A DNA stretch of 64,000 nt from Verrucomicrobiia bacterium (lineage in GTDB: Bacteria; Verrucomicrobiota; Verrucomicrobiia; Limisphaerales; UBA8199), in contig DATDCV010000506.1 of assembly GCA_036524155.1 (NCBI GenBank), forward strand, positions 1,029-65,028, read 5' to 3'. Both the position numbers and the translations under genes were made by a program. Below, piece by piece: positions 1 through 7,772 of the stretch (the first letter of the stretch is position 1; every line of letters begins with the position of its first letter). The notes under the pieces are model-generated. The model did not search any database. It worked only from the letters and a program-made list of their open reading frames with translations, and had not been told where the DNA came from.

Positions 1-1
1 G

Positions 2-1576
2 GTGGATGGTGAGCTGCTCTATGTCGAGGGGCTGGGCGGCGACGTGGCTTGCCTGCAGGTCAAAGACGGCAAGATCGTTTGGCGACGCAGCCTAACGAGT
101 GACTTTGGCGGGCGCGCACCGATGTGGAGTTACCGTGAATCGCCGCTGATTGATGGTGATAAGCTAATCTGCACCCCCGGCAGCGATGACGCGATGCTGG
201 TGGCTCTCGACAAGTTGACCGGGAAAACGATTTGGAAGAGCCAGATGCCCAGTGGCGCCGGCGCCGGTGCCGGTGGTCCTGGCGGTCCTGGTGGCGGTCC
301 CGGTGTTCCCGGTAGTGCGGGCGGACGCGGTGGTGGTTCGGCTCCGGCGGTCACTGGAACCAAGGACCCGGGCTTGTTCACGAGCGAGCATTGGGGCATG
401 ACGACTTTCTCCCGCAAGATTCCCAACGGGAAGTATCTCGCGAAGCTCTACTTTGCGGAGACCTATGAAGGCATTACCGGCGCCGGCCAGCGCGTTTTCT
501 CCTTCAATGTCCAGGGGAAGGAATTTAAGGACTTTGATATTTGGGCAAAGACCGGCGGTCGCAACCGCGCCTATATTGAAACTGTGCCTGTGGAAGTAAC
601 CGACGGAGAGTTCCGCATCGTGTTCACGCGCCAGGTTGAAAACCCGGCAATCAACGCGATTGAAATCACTCCGCAAGCTGAGGCTGCAACCGGCGCGGCG
701 GCTTCCGCAGCGGCAATCCGGATTAAGGCCGGCCTGTCGGCGCCGTTTACGGATTCGAGCGGCCAGGTTTGGCAGGCGGATACCGGTTTTGAGGGCGGCA
801 TGATGAGCCAGGTGGGTGGTGGTTTTGGAGGCGGCCCTGGCGCTGGAGCCGGCGGTTTCGGCGGTGGTATGGGTCGTCCCGGTGGCGGGCCCGGCGGACG
901 CGGCGGCGGGTTCGGCGGTTCAGGAGCGGCCTACTCCTCGGTCATCGCCATCGACTTCGAGGGACAGCGGCAGTACGTGCAACTGACGGCGAGGGCACTG
1001 ATCGGTGTCGCGGCGTCCGACGGCAAGTTCCTCTGGCGGTATGACCCGCCGGCAAATCGCATGGGCATCAACTGTTCCACGCCTCTTTACCACGACGGCA
1101 TGGTGTTTGCCGCCTCGGCCTATGGTGCGGGCGGTGGGTTGGTGAAGCTGAGCAAAGATGCAAACGGCGGCGTCAAGGCCGAGGAAGTTTATGCCACCAG
1201 GAAGATGCAAAACCACCACGGCGGCATGATCCTCCTCGATGGCTGCCTCTATGGCGCCAACGGGGGCAACGAAGGCGGCTTCCTGATCTGTCTCGACTTC
1301 AACACCGGCAAAGTCCTCTGGGACGGGCGGGATGATTCCGAACGCCGGGCGCCGAAAGGGTCGGTGGCTCTGGCGGATGGCCGCCTCTATTACCGGACAG
1401 AGAAGGGAACCATGCTGCTGATTGAGCCAAGTCCTAAGGAATACATTGAGCATGGCCGCTTCGAGCAACCTGACCGCACCAGACTGCCGGCCTGGGCGCA
1501 CCCGGTTGTCGCCAATGGAAGACTATATGTGCGCGACCAGGATCTACTGCTCTGCTATGACGTAAAGGCGAAGTAG
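2..1576 (+). CDS. PQQ-like beta-propeller protein (5' end outside window) with an internal malectin-like carbohydrate-binding domain between two Gly-rich linkers
   Basis: Open from window edge to stop at 1574-1576. Flanks carry PQQ-repeat-like strands ([34 protein letters not shown]). The centre carries malectin signatures ([66 protein letters not shown]). Confidence 0.8.
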   Translation: MDGELLYVEGLGGDVACLQVKDGKIVWRRSLTSDFGGRAPMWSYRESPLIDGDKLICTPGSDDAMLVALDKLTGKTIWKSQMPSGAGAGAGGPGGPGGGPGVPGSAGGRGGGSAPAVTGTKDPGLFTSEHWGMTTFSRKIPNGKYLAKLYFAETYEGITGAGQRVFSFNVQGKEFKDFDIWAKTGGRNRAYIETVPVEVTDGEFRIVFTRQVENPAINAIEITPQAEAATGAAASAAAIRIKAGLSAPFTDSSGQVWQADTGFEGGMMSQVGGGFGGGPGAGAGGFGGGMGRPGGGPGGRGGGFGGSGAAYSSVIAIDFEGQRQYVQLTARALIGVAASDGKFLWRYDPPANRMGINCSTPLYHDGMVFAASAYGAGGGLVKLSKDANGGVKAEEVYATRKMQNHHGGMILLDGCLYGANGGNEGGFLICLDFNTGKVLWDGRDDSERRAPKGSVALADGRLYYRTEKGTMLLIEPSPKEYIEHGRFEQPDRTRLPAWAHPVVANGRLYVRDQDLLLCYDVKAK

Positions 1577-1641
1577 GGCTTTCGTCATCCCCATGCAAAT
1601 GAGCAAGCGCGACTTCTCGCTTCCCGCCAAGGATATGACTC

Positions 1642-2877
1642 ATGGATGAACAAGGCCAACTGACTCGGCGTGGTTTCCTGCGGTTGGGAAGCGCCGCGGT
1701 CGCGGCGTGGAGCGTTTCAGACCTCAAGGGCGCCGATGCCCCCATCGAGCCTCAATTGCGGGAGGCAATCGCAAAACTGGAGTATCTGACCCCTCTGGAT
1801 CGCGCATTCATCCTCGATAAAGGCAAAGCCGGAGTGGCCAAACTTCCACTCGAGGAACTTCGCGAGGTGGGACTCACGCCGGATACGTGGTCGCTGGAAG
1901 TAATCGCCGACCCTACCAGCAACAGCGTCGTGGAGCATCCGCTCTCGGGCAGCAATGCCCTGGGCTGGCAGGACCTGATGCGCCTGGCGGACAAACACTC
2001 CGTCCGCTTCCTCCACGTGTGCAACTGCACCAATGGGCAGGATCCCTTCCACATGAGCCTATGGGAGGGCGTTCCGCTCCGCGAGGTCGTATCGCTTACC
2101 CGGCCCAGGGAGAATGTCCGCCGCATCTACTATCAAAGCCAACACGGCGTGAACCTGCCGCCGTTCCAGAGTTCGCTGGCCCTGAGCCAGGTCCTGGAAG
2201 AGCCGCCGGGGCAGATGCCGGTCGTACTGGCCTACAAAATGAATGACCAACTCATTCCGGCCTCGCGTGGCGGGCCCGTCCGCGTGGTGGTCCCTGGGGC
2301 CTACGGCAGCAAGTCCATCAAATGGGTGAAACGTGTCGTCCTGACCAACGACTACAAGTCCAACGATTCAGACGCCGAGCTGAATAACGACCCCGAAAAC
2401 CCGATGAAAACCCGGGCCCGGTTTATCAACGCTCCAAAGGAGATTCCGGCGGGGAAACCGTTCGTGTTGACGGGCTGGGCGCAGGTTGGGATTTCCGGGC
2501 TGAAGAAGGTCCAGTATTGCGTACACCCTCACAAGGAAGCATGGCCGCAGGACGATCCGTACCGGGCCCGGGCAAATTGGCGGGACGCGCCGATCCTGCC
2601 GCCACCGGCAGACTGGGGCGGGGGCTTGCCGGGAGGCAAGCTGCCTCCGACGAATCAAACCGACCCGAGAACGGGTTTGCCTGTGGAATGGCCTCTTCGC
2701 TTTACCATCGTGCACTGGGCGGTGTGGCTGCCGGGCTTGAGCGCCGGCAGTTATGACCTGGGCTGCCGCACGATCGACAGCAAGGGGATGGCACAACCCT
2801 TGCCGCGCACACTTCCGAGAACCGGCTTTAACACGCTCCACGTGGTAAACCTGGTCGTGAAAACAGAAGCGTATTGA
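1642..2877 (+). CDS. Tat-exported molybdopterin-dependent oxidoreductase (sulfite-oxidase/YedY fold family)
   Basis: Twin-arginine leader TRRGFLRLGSAAVAAW. Mo-binding-domain-like core (FLHVCNCTNG, WEGVPLREVV, YKMNDQLIPASRGGPVRVVVPGAYGSKSIKWVKRVVLT). Confidence 0.8.
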   Translation: MDEQGQLTRRGFLRLGSAAVAAWSVSDLKGADAPIEPQLREAIAKLEYLTPLDRAFILDKGKAGVAKLPLEELREVGLTPDTWSLEVIADPTSNSVVEHPLSGSNALGWQDLMRLADKHSVRFLHVCNCTNGQDPFHMSLWEGVPLREVVSLTRPRENVRRIYYQSQHGVNLPPFQSSLALSQVLEEPPGQMPVVLAYKMNDQLIPASRGGPVRVVVPGAYGSKSIKWVKRVVLTNDYKSNDSDAELNNDPENPMKTRARFINAPKEIPAGKPFVLTGWAQVGISGLKKVQYCVHPHKEAWPQDDPYRARANWRDAPILPPPADWGGGLPGGKLPPTNQTDPRTGLPVEWPLRFTIVHWAVWLPGLSAGSYDLGCRTIDSKGMAQPLPRTLPRTGFNTLHVVNLVVKTEAY

Positions 2878-2910
2878 AGGGCTGGTGAAGCTCAGGGTAT
2901 TATCAGGGGG

Positions 2911-4782
2911 ATGAGTGCGATCCGCAGGTTGAGTTTCAGCCTGGCCATACTGTTGGGCAGCGTTCAAGCCATTCCCGCCGAGTTGAGTAAAGCGCAGCAG
3001 ATCCTGCTCAACCAGGGGCTGCAGATTCAGGGGATGGTCACTAGGGACGATGTGTTTCATCTGAACACCTTTTCGAACGCGGGGTTCACGTCCATCAATT
3101 GGCTCTGGGAATCCACTCCTTCATTGATGGGGCCGGCGCCGGGGTTCGGGTGGTCGCGCTGGGTCAACGGGGAGACGAACATGCCCGGGCAGCCGAGGTG
3201 GCCCAACGAGACGCCTTATCTCGGCTCGCTGCTGAGCCTGCAATTGGCGGATGAGTGGGATCTCAACACCCAGTGGATACGCGAACGGGCGGTAGCCTGG
3301 TTCAACTCAGTCCGGACGAATTGGCCCAACACAATTCTGTACGGCAACAATTGGGGCGGGCAAATCAGCGATGCGGCGCTGGGCGACTTCATTGGGCGCG
3401 CCAGGCCGGACATGCTCTGCTTCGACACTTACCCCTTCCAGTCCGAATTCAACGCGAGCCTGCCGAACCACACCGGCAATCCGATCGGCTGGGACAGGCC
3501 CAACTCGCTGCTGGCGCGCTGGTATGGGGACCTGCGGCAGTATCGCGCGTGGGCCTTGAGCGCCAATATCCCGTTTGGCATTTACCGGCAGAGTTTTCAT
3601 GCCGTGCAGGATTACAACAGCACGGTTTATCGCGATCCGTCCCCGTCGGAACTGCGGCTCAACACGTTTGCCGCGCTGGCGTTCAACGCGAAGTGGCTCA
3701 TCAATTTTACCTATAATACCGGCGCGTCCTCGCTGTTCCGCAACCCGGGCGGGGACAGCTATCCCACCGCGCTGTATGCGGAGCAGGCGGACGTGAACCG
3801 CCGCGCGTTGAACCTCGGCAAGGCGCTGGTTTGTCTGAAACCGGTTTACGAGCTGCACAACCAGAACGATGTGAACCCGCCGCTGGGTCCGGTGAGCGCC
3901 GATCCGTGTGTTTGTTTTCAGGACGGGATGGTCAGCAGCATCCTTTTTGTCCGGGGCCGGTACCTGGCGGGGGGAGTCACGAACTGGACGGATCTGCCGA
4001 ATTCGTTTCAGAGCGATCCGCAGGCGGCGAGCGCCAACCCGGCCAGCCCATCCGCAACCTCCTATAGCTGGTGGGAATACCAGAAGAACGATCCTTACCT
4101 GGCCGGCTGGGTGGTGACCAACAAGGCCGCGGTGAAAAACAACGGCCTCCCAGGCGAAGTGATCATCGCGTGGCTGCGTCCGCTGGACGAGAGCTTCGAC
4201 GGCCCGGCGTTCACGAACGAAACCTATATGATGGTGGTCAACGGGCTGACGGCGACGAACGGCACGGCGGCCGATTGTCTGCAAGAGATCAAACTTAACT
4301 TCATCGCCGCGGTCCCGGCGGCGGTGGTGATGCTCGACGCCATTTCCGGCCAATTACAGACAAACACAATGCCGATCATTCCGAACTCGGGCGGCCGGCG
4401 GCAGTTGGTGCTGAACCTGAACGGCGGCGACGCGGCGCTGTTCAAGTTTGACGATGGCGCGCCGTTCGTTGGTTTTGCGCGGCCGTCGCCGCCGCGGTTG
4501 GGCCTCCGCCTGGAGTCGGGCACGCCGTCAGTAAGCCTGACCGGGCTCACGCCGGGCGCGCGTTACCAACTGGAGTCGACGCCGTGGGTGGCCAACCCGG
4601 CCTGGACGTGCCTCGCAAGCTTCATGCTGACGAGCTCGAACTACGAGTACCTCGACGTGGGCGCCTCCAACGGCGGCTTTTACCGCGCCATCGGTTTGGC
4701 TGCGGAGTGGGCGTCGGGCCGCGGCGATTTCGCGAGCGGCTTCAACGATTTGGGGGAGCGCCAGTCTGACTTGCGGCGATAA
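2911..4782 (+). CDS. Secreted hypothetical protein, possibly glycoside-hydrolase-like, with FYR-type C-terminal module
   Basis: Signal peptide MSAIRRLSFSLAILLGSVQA. Long uninterrupted ORF. C-terminal ARYQLEST..NPAWTCL...GGFYRA resembles the tail shared by other secreted proteins here. No catalytic motif recognised. Confidence 0.65.
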   Translation: MSAIRRLSFSLAILLGSVQAIPAELSKAQQILLNQGLQIQGMVTRDDVFHLNTFSNAGFTSINWLWESTPSLMGPAPGFGWSRWVNGETNMPGQPRWPNETPYLGSLLSLQLADEWDLNTQWIRERAVAWFNSVRTNWPNTILYGNNWGGQISDAALGDFIGRARPDMLCFDTYPFQSEFNASLPNHTGNPIGWDRPNSLLARWYGDLRQYRAWALSANIPFGIYRQSFHAVQDYNSTVYRDPSPSELRLNTFAALAFNAKWLINFTYNTGASSLFRNPGGDSYPTALYAEQADVNRRALNLGKALVCLKPVYELHNQNDVNPPLGPVSADPCVCFQDGMVSSILFVRGRYLAGGVTNWTDLPNSFQSDPQAASANPASPSATSYSWWEYQKNDPYLAGWVVTNKAAVKNNGLPGEVIIAWLRPLDESFDGPAFTNETYMMVVNGLTATNGTAADCLQEIKLNFIAAVPAAVVMLDAISGQLQTNTMPIIPNSGGRRQLVLNLNGGDAALFKFDDGAPFVGFARPSPPRLGLRLESGTPSVSLTGLTPGARYQLESTPWVANPAWTCLASFMLTSSNYEYLDVGASNGGFYRAIGLAAEWASGRGDFASGFNDLGERQSDLRR

Positions 4783-5214
4783 CTCGAGCCCATAATCCAC
4801 CACAGCCGGTTGAACACCTAGAATAGTGATCTCAGGCCGCGAGTGCTCCGGGATGAATTCAAGGACTGCCAGCAACCCCAGCTCATGCAGCGATTTGGGC
4901 AAGAGCGGGGGAGCGACTTGTGAAGCCGAGCAGGAGTAAAGGGTGCCGGGCGCGCCAGCGGCATCCATCGCGTCGATGGCAAGCACCCGGCCGGCACCCT
5001 CCAGCCAGGAGATAGCCCCGAAGACGTCGGTTCCGACCTCCAGCAGTTGTGTGCCGGGTGGCGGATCAGCCATGAGCTGGCGAACTGCGTGCACGCCGAC
5101 CCCGTCGTCGCGCATCAAACAATTCCCCAAACCCACGATCAGACCGACAGGCACGCCGCCGCCAGGTCCTGAGTCCGGTCCTGGCGAACGACTGCCCATT
5201 GTCACAGGCCACAC
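4528..5214 (-). CDS. [NiFe]-hydrogenase maturation endopeptidase (HyaD/HybD/HycI family)
   Basis: Signature GLGNCLMRDDGVGVHAV near the N-terminus, located 9 nt downstream of the large-subunit stop. The ORF runs about 65 aa past the usual domain end, antisense into the 2911-4782 gene. Confidence 0.8.
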   Translation of the reverse strand: MWPVTMGSRSPGPDSGPGGGVPVGLIVGLGNCLMRDDGVGVHAVRQLMADPPPGTQLLEVGTDVFGAISWLEGAGRVLAIDAMDAAGAPGTLYSCSASQVAPPLLPKSLHELGLLAVLEFIPEHSRPEITILGVQPAVVDYGLELSPQVRLALPQIVEAAREIAAARRPLRSQTDGAVKAAVGGAHVEVLVVRARQHEACEARPGRVGHPRRRLQLVTRARREPGQAY

Positions 5215-5223
5215 AGCGACCCT

Positions 5224-6678
5224 TTATGAGACTGCGCAGACCGGCGCCGAATTTGCTTTTTGTGGCACCCAGCCCGTCACATGCACGCCCGCGTTCGGGC
5301 GCATTACATGCACTGCGCACGACAGGCACGGGTCAAAGGAATGGACCACGCGCAGCACTTCAATGGGCTGATTGGTGTCGCTCACCGGGGTCCCGAGAAG
5401 CGCCTTTTCGAGCGGGCCGGGCAGGCCGAGATCGTCCGCCGGCGACGCATTCCAGCAGGTGGGCGTGATAATCTGGTAACGGGCGATTTTGCCCTCCACG
5501 ATCCGCAGCCAATGGCCCAGCGCGCCCCGAGGCGCCTCGGTGAGGCCTACTCCGCTGCCTTGCTTGGGTGTGAGATAGGTCGTGTAAGGGGATTGATTAG
5601 GCACCAGTTGATTGAGCCAAACCAGGATTGCGTTGGCGATTTTGAGCGTTTCGTACGCGCGGGCACGGTGACGGTCCATCACCGAGATGCCTTGCCGGTA
5701 ATCCCCGTTCACCCACATGCGGGCGAGCGCGCCGGTCTCGTAAGGCTGGCCGGCATAACGCGGCGCCTTGAGCCACGAGTAGGCGCCGGCCTTCGGCTGC
5801 AGGGGGACGGTCGAGCCATTGACCGGACTGAGATTGTTGGTTGAATTGTCGTACCACGAGTAGGTGACCTTTTCTGTGATCGCGGCGGTGTCGACCGCCT
5901 GGATGCTGCTCGAGCCGTTTTGCGCGCGGCCCGGACGCAACAGCTTCTGCGAACCAGCCGCATCCAACTCGAAAACTCCAAAGGCCAGCAGGTTGCCGTA
6001 GCCACCGCCAATGTCGAAGTAATCCTGATACACGGAGGCCAGCGCCTCCACGTCTGGAAGGTAGACGTTTTGGATGAACGCGAGCAGCTCGTTGCAGTAG
6101 GCGCGGAATTGGGTGATCTGGGCTGACTGCGGCCGGCAGGTGAACCCGCCGGGAATGTAGGCCGGGGCCAGTGGCATGCGCCCGCCAAAAATGGCCCCCA
6201 TCTCATAGGCCTTGCGCGTCATGGCCAGCGCTTGAACGTAATGGCCGACGAGCGCGTCGGTCGTGGACTGGTCAAAACGGCGGTCCACCGCCCAGCTCGG
6301 CTGCCAGGGTGCCGTACCGGGTCCTTCAAGGTAGTCCAGGGCCGCCAGGTGATAGAAATGCAACAGGTGCGACTGGACGAAATTCGCGGCGAGCACCAGG
6401 TTCCGCAGCAAGCGGCCGTTGGCGGGGACGGTTTTGTTGGCCGCGCGATCCAACGCGAGCACGGCGGCCTGGCCATGGGGAATCGGGCAGACGCCGCAGA
6501 TGCGCTGGGTGATGTGCGGCGCGTCCCACGGGTCACGATTGGCCAGAATAGTTTCAAAGCCGCGGAAGAGCGTGCCGCTCGCGCGAGCGTCAACGACGTG
6601 GCCGGCTTCAACGGCCACTTCCACCTTGAGGTGGCCTTCCAAACGAGTGATGGGGTCCAGGGTTACGACGGTAGGCAT
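5224..6678 (-). CDS. [NiFe]-hydrogenase large subunit
   Basis: N-terminal ITRLEGH and RICGVCPIPHG (L1 CxxC). C-terminal SFDPCLSCAVH (L2 CxxC-H) followed by a cleavable tail. Start chosen at MPTVVTLDP (ATG 6676-6678), 4 nt after the small-subunit TGA; the ORF track extends to 6750. Confidence 0.92.
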   Translation of the reverse strand: MPTVVTLDPITRLEGHLKVEVAVEAGHVVDARASGTLFRGFETILANRDPWDAPHITQRICGVCPIPHGQAAVLALDRAANKTVPANGRLLRNLVLAANFVQSHLLHFYHLAALDYLEGPGTAPWQPSWAVDRRFDQSTTDALVGHYVQALAMTRKAYEMGAIFGGRMPLAPAYIPGGFTCRPQSAQITQFRAYCNELLAFIQNVYLPDVEALASVYQDYFDIGGGYGNLLAFGVFELDAAGSQKLLRPGRAQNGSSSIQAVDTAAITEKVTYSWYDNSTNNLSPVNGSTVPLQPKAGAYSWLKAPRYAGQPYETGALARMWVNGDYRQGISVMDRHRARAYETLKIANAILVWLNQLVPNQSPYTTYLTPKQGSGVGLTEAPRGALGHWLRIVEGKIARYQIITPTCWNASPADDLGLPGPLEKALLGTPVSDTNQPIEVLRVVHSFDPCLSCAVHVMRPNAGVHVTGWVPQKANSAPVCAVS

Positions 6679-6682
6679 AAAA

Positions 6683-7576
6683 TCACGCAGGTTGATGATT
6701 GAAACGGCCGCCAGGGAAGTTGGGGCTGGTGCATCCATTGCAGGGCGCACCGGCTCCGACGCACCAATTCACGCCGTTGTTCCACTTCAGGGTGGGGCAG
6801 TTGGCCCGGGTCTCCGGGCCACGGCATCCCAACTCCTTGAGGCACTGGCCGGAGACGGCGAAGGTTTTTGCTTCCTGTCTGCCCAACAGCGGGCATCGTT
6901 CGTGGACGATCTCGCCGTAGAGGCTCCTGGGCCGACCGTACGAGTCCAGACTGATCGGCTTCCCCTGCAATAACTGCACAATGGTCCAGACCATCCAGTT
7001 CGGGTGTGGCGGGCAGCCCGCCACATTGATCGTTGGGCGGCCCGTAAGCGCCTGGGCGCTCACGACCCCAGTCGGATTCGGCGGCGCTGCAGGGATGCCG
7101 CCAAAGGACGAGCAGGTTCCGATGCTCAGAATCGCCGTCGCGCGCGCGCCCAGGCTCCTCACCGCGTCCTGAAGAGTCACGTCCGCTCCGTCGAGGGTCC
7201 AGGAGTAGCACGCCCCGCCGCCGAACCGCGTGGGAATTCCGCCCTCGAGTGCGAGGATGTAATTCCCCCTTTGCCGCACCTCTTCGATCACCATGGCGGC
7301 CGGCTCGCCCGCGACCGGCGTCAGGTTCGGATGATAAGCCAGATTTATGTAATTAATCAGCACATCCGCGGCTGAAGTCGGGGCCGTCGGGCTCACATAA
7401 TCCAGGAACGACATGGTGCACCCGGTGCAACCGCTGCCCTGAAGCCACAACACCGTTGGCCCCGCCGGGTTGGCCATGGCCCGGGTCAGCCCCGTCAGAT
7501 CAAACGGGTCCAACCCAAGCCCCGCAGCGGATACACTTACGAATTTGAAGAAACTACGACGCGATATCTGTTTCAT
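6683..7576 (-). CDS. [NiFe]-hydrogenase small subunit with Tat signal
   Basis: Twin-arginine leader SRRSFFKFVSVSAAGLGL. Fe-S ligand pattern GSGCTGC, GTCSSFGG, AGCPPHPNW, HERCP, GQCLKELGCRGP, NCPTLKWN, WCVGAGAPCNGCTSP. No C-terminal TM anchor. Confidence 0.92.
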   Translation of the reverse strand: MKQISRRSFFKFVSVSAAGLGLDPFDLTGLTRAMANPAGPTVLWLQGSGCTGCTMSFLDYVSPTAPTSAADVLINYINLAYHPNLTPVAGEPAAMVIEEVRQRGNYILALEGGIPTRFGGGACYSWTLDGADVTLQDAVRSLGARATAILSIGTCSSFGGIPAAPPNPTGVVSAQALTGRPTINVAGCPPHPNWMVWTIVQLLQGKPISLDSYGRPRSLYGEIVHERCPLLGRQEAKTFAVSGQCLKELGCRGPETRANCPTLKWNNGVNWCVGAGAPCNGCTSPNFPGGRFNHQPA

Positions 7577-7772
7577 AACTTTGACCCAACCAGATTCTCT
7601 GCGGCCGTCGACCTTCCGATCGCCAACCGGTTTGCTGCCCGGGAGGCTACCACACCGGAGGCGCTCGTCCGCAACTAGTCTTTTCCTAGGCGTAAGAGAA
7701 TCTACTGAGTAATGCGCAACCCCTTTTCAGAGCCCGAGCAGATTTCGCGGAACATCCCGCTCGCTTACCAGT

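Noticed and set aside
240-345. Gly/Pro-rich stretches (about 240-345 and 810-925) as collagen-like or tandem-repeat features
   Set aside because: There is no G-X-Y periodicity. They behave as flexible linkers flanking the inserted malectin-like domain and are covered by that finding.
3307-4353. Long antisense ORFs (for example 3307-4353 minus, 8355-8789 plus, 9867-10811 plus, 19112-19929 minus, 38535-39344 plus, 45339-46109 plus, 55532-56299 plus) opposite well-supported genes
   Set aside because: Their translations are Arg/Pro/Gly/Ala-rich low-complexity sequence with no motifs. This is typical of shadow ORFs in stop-codon-poor high-GC DNA, and the opposite strand carries clear domain signatures in every case.
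5224-5310. The possibility that the hydrogenase is a [NiFeSe] enzyme, given the Sec candidate elsewhere in the window
   Set aside because: The C-terminal motif reads DPCLSCAVH with ordinary Cys codons, and there is no in-frame TGA in the large subunit.
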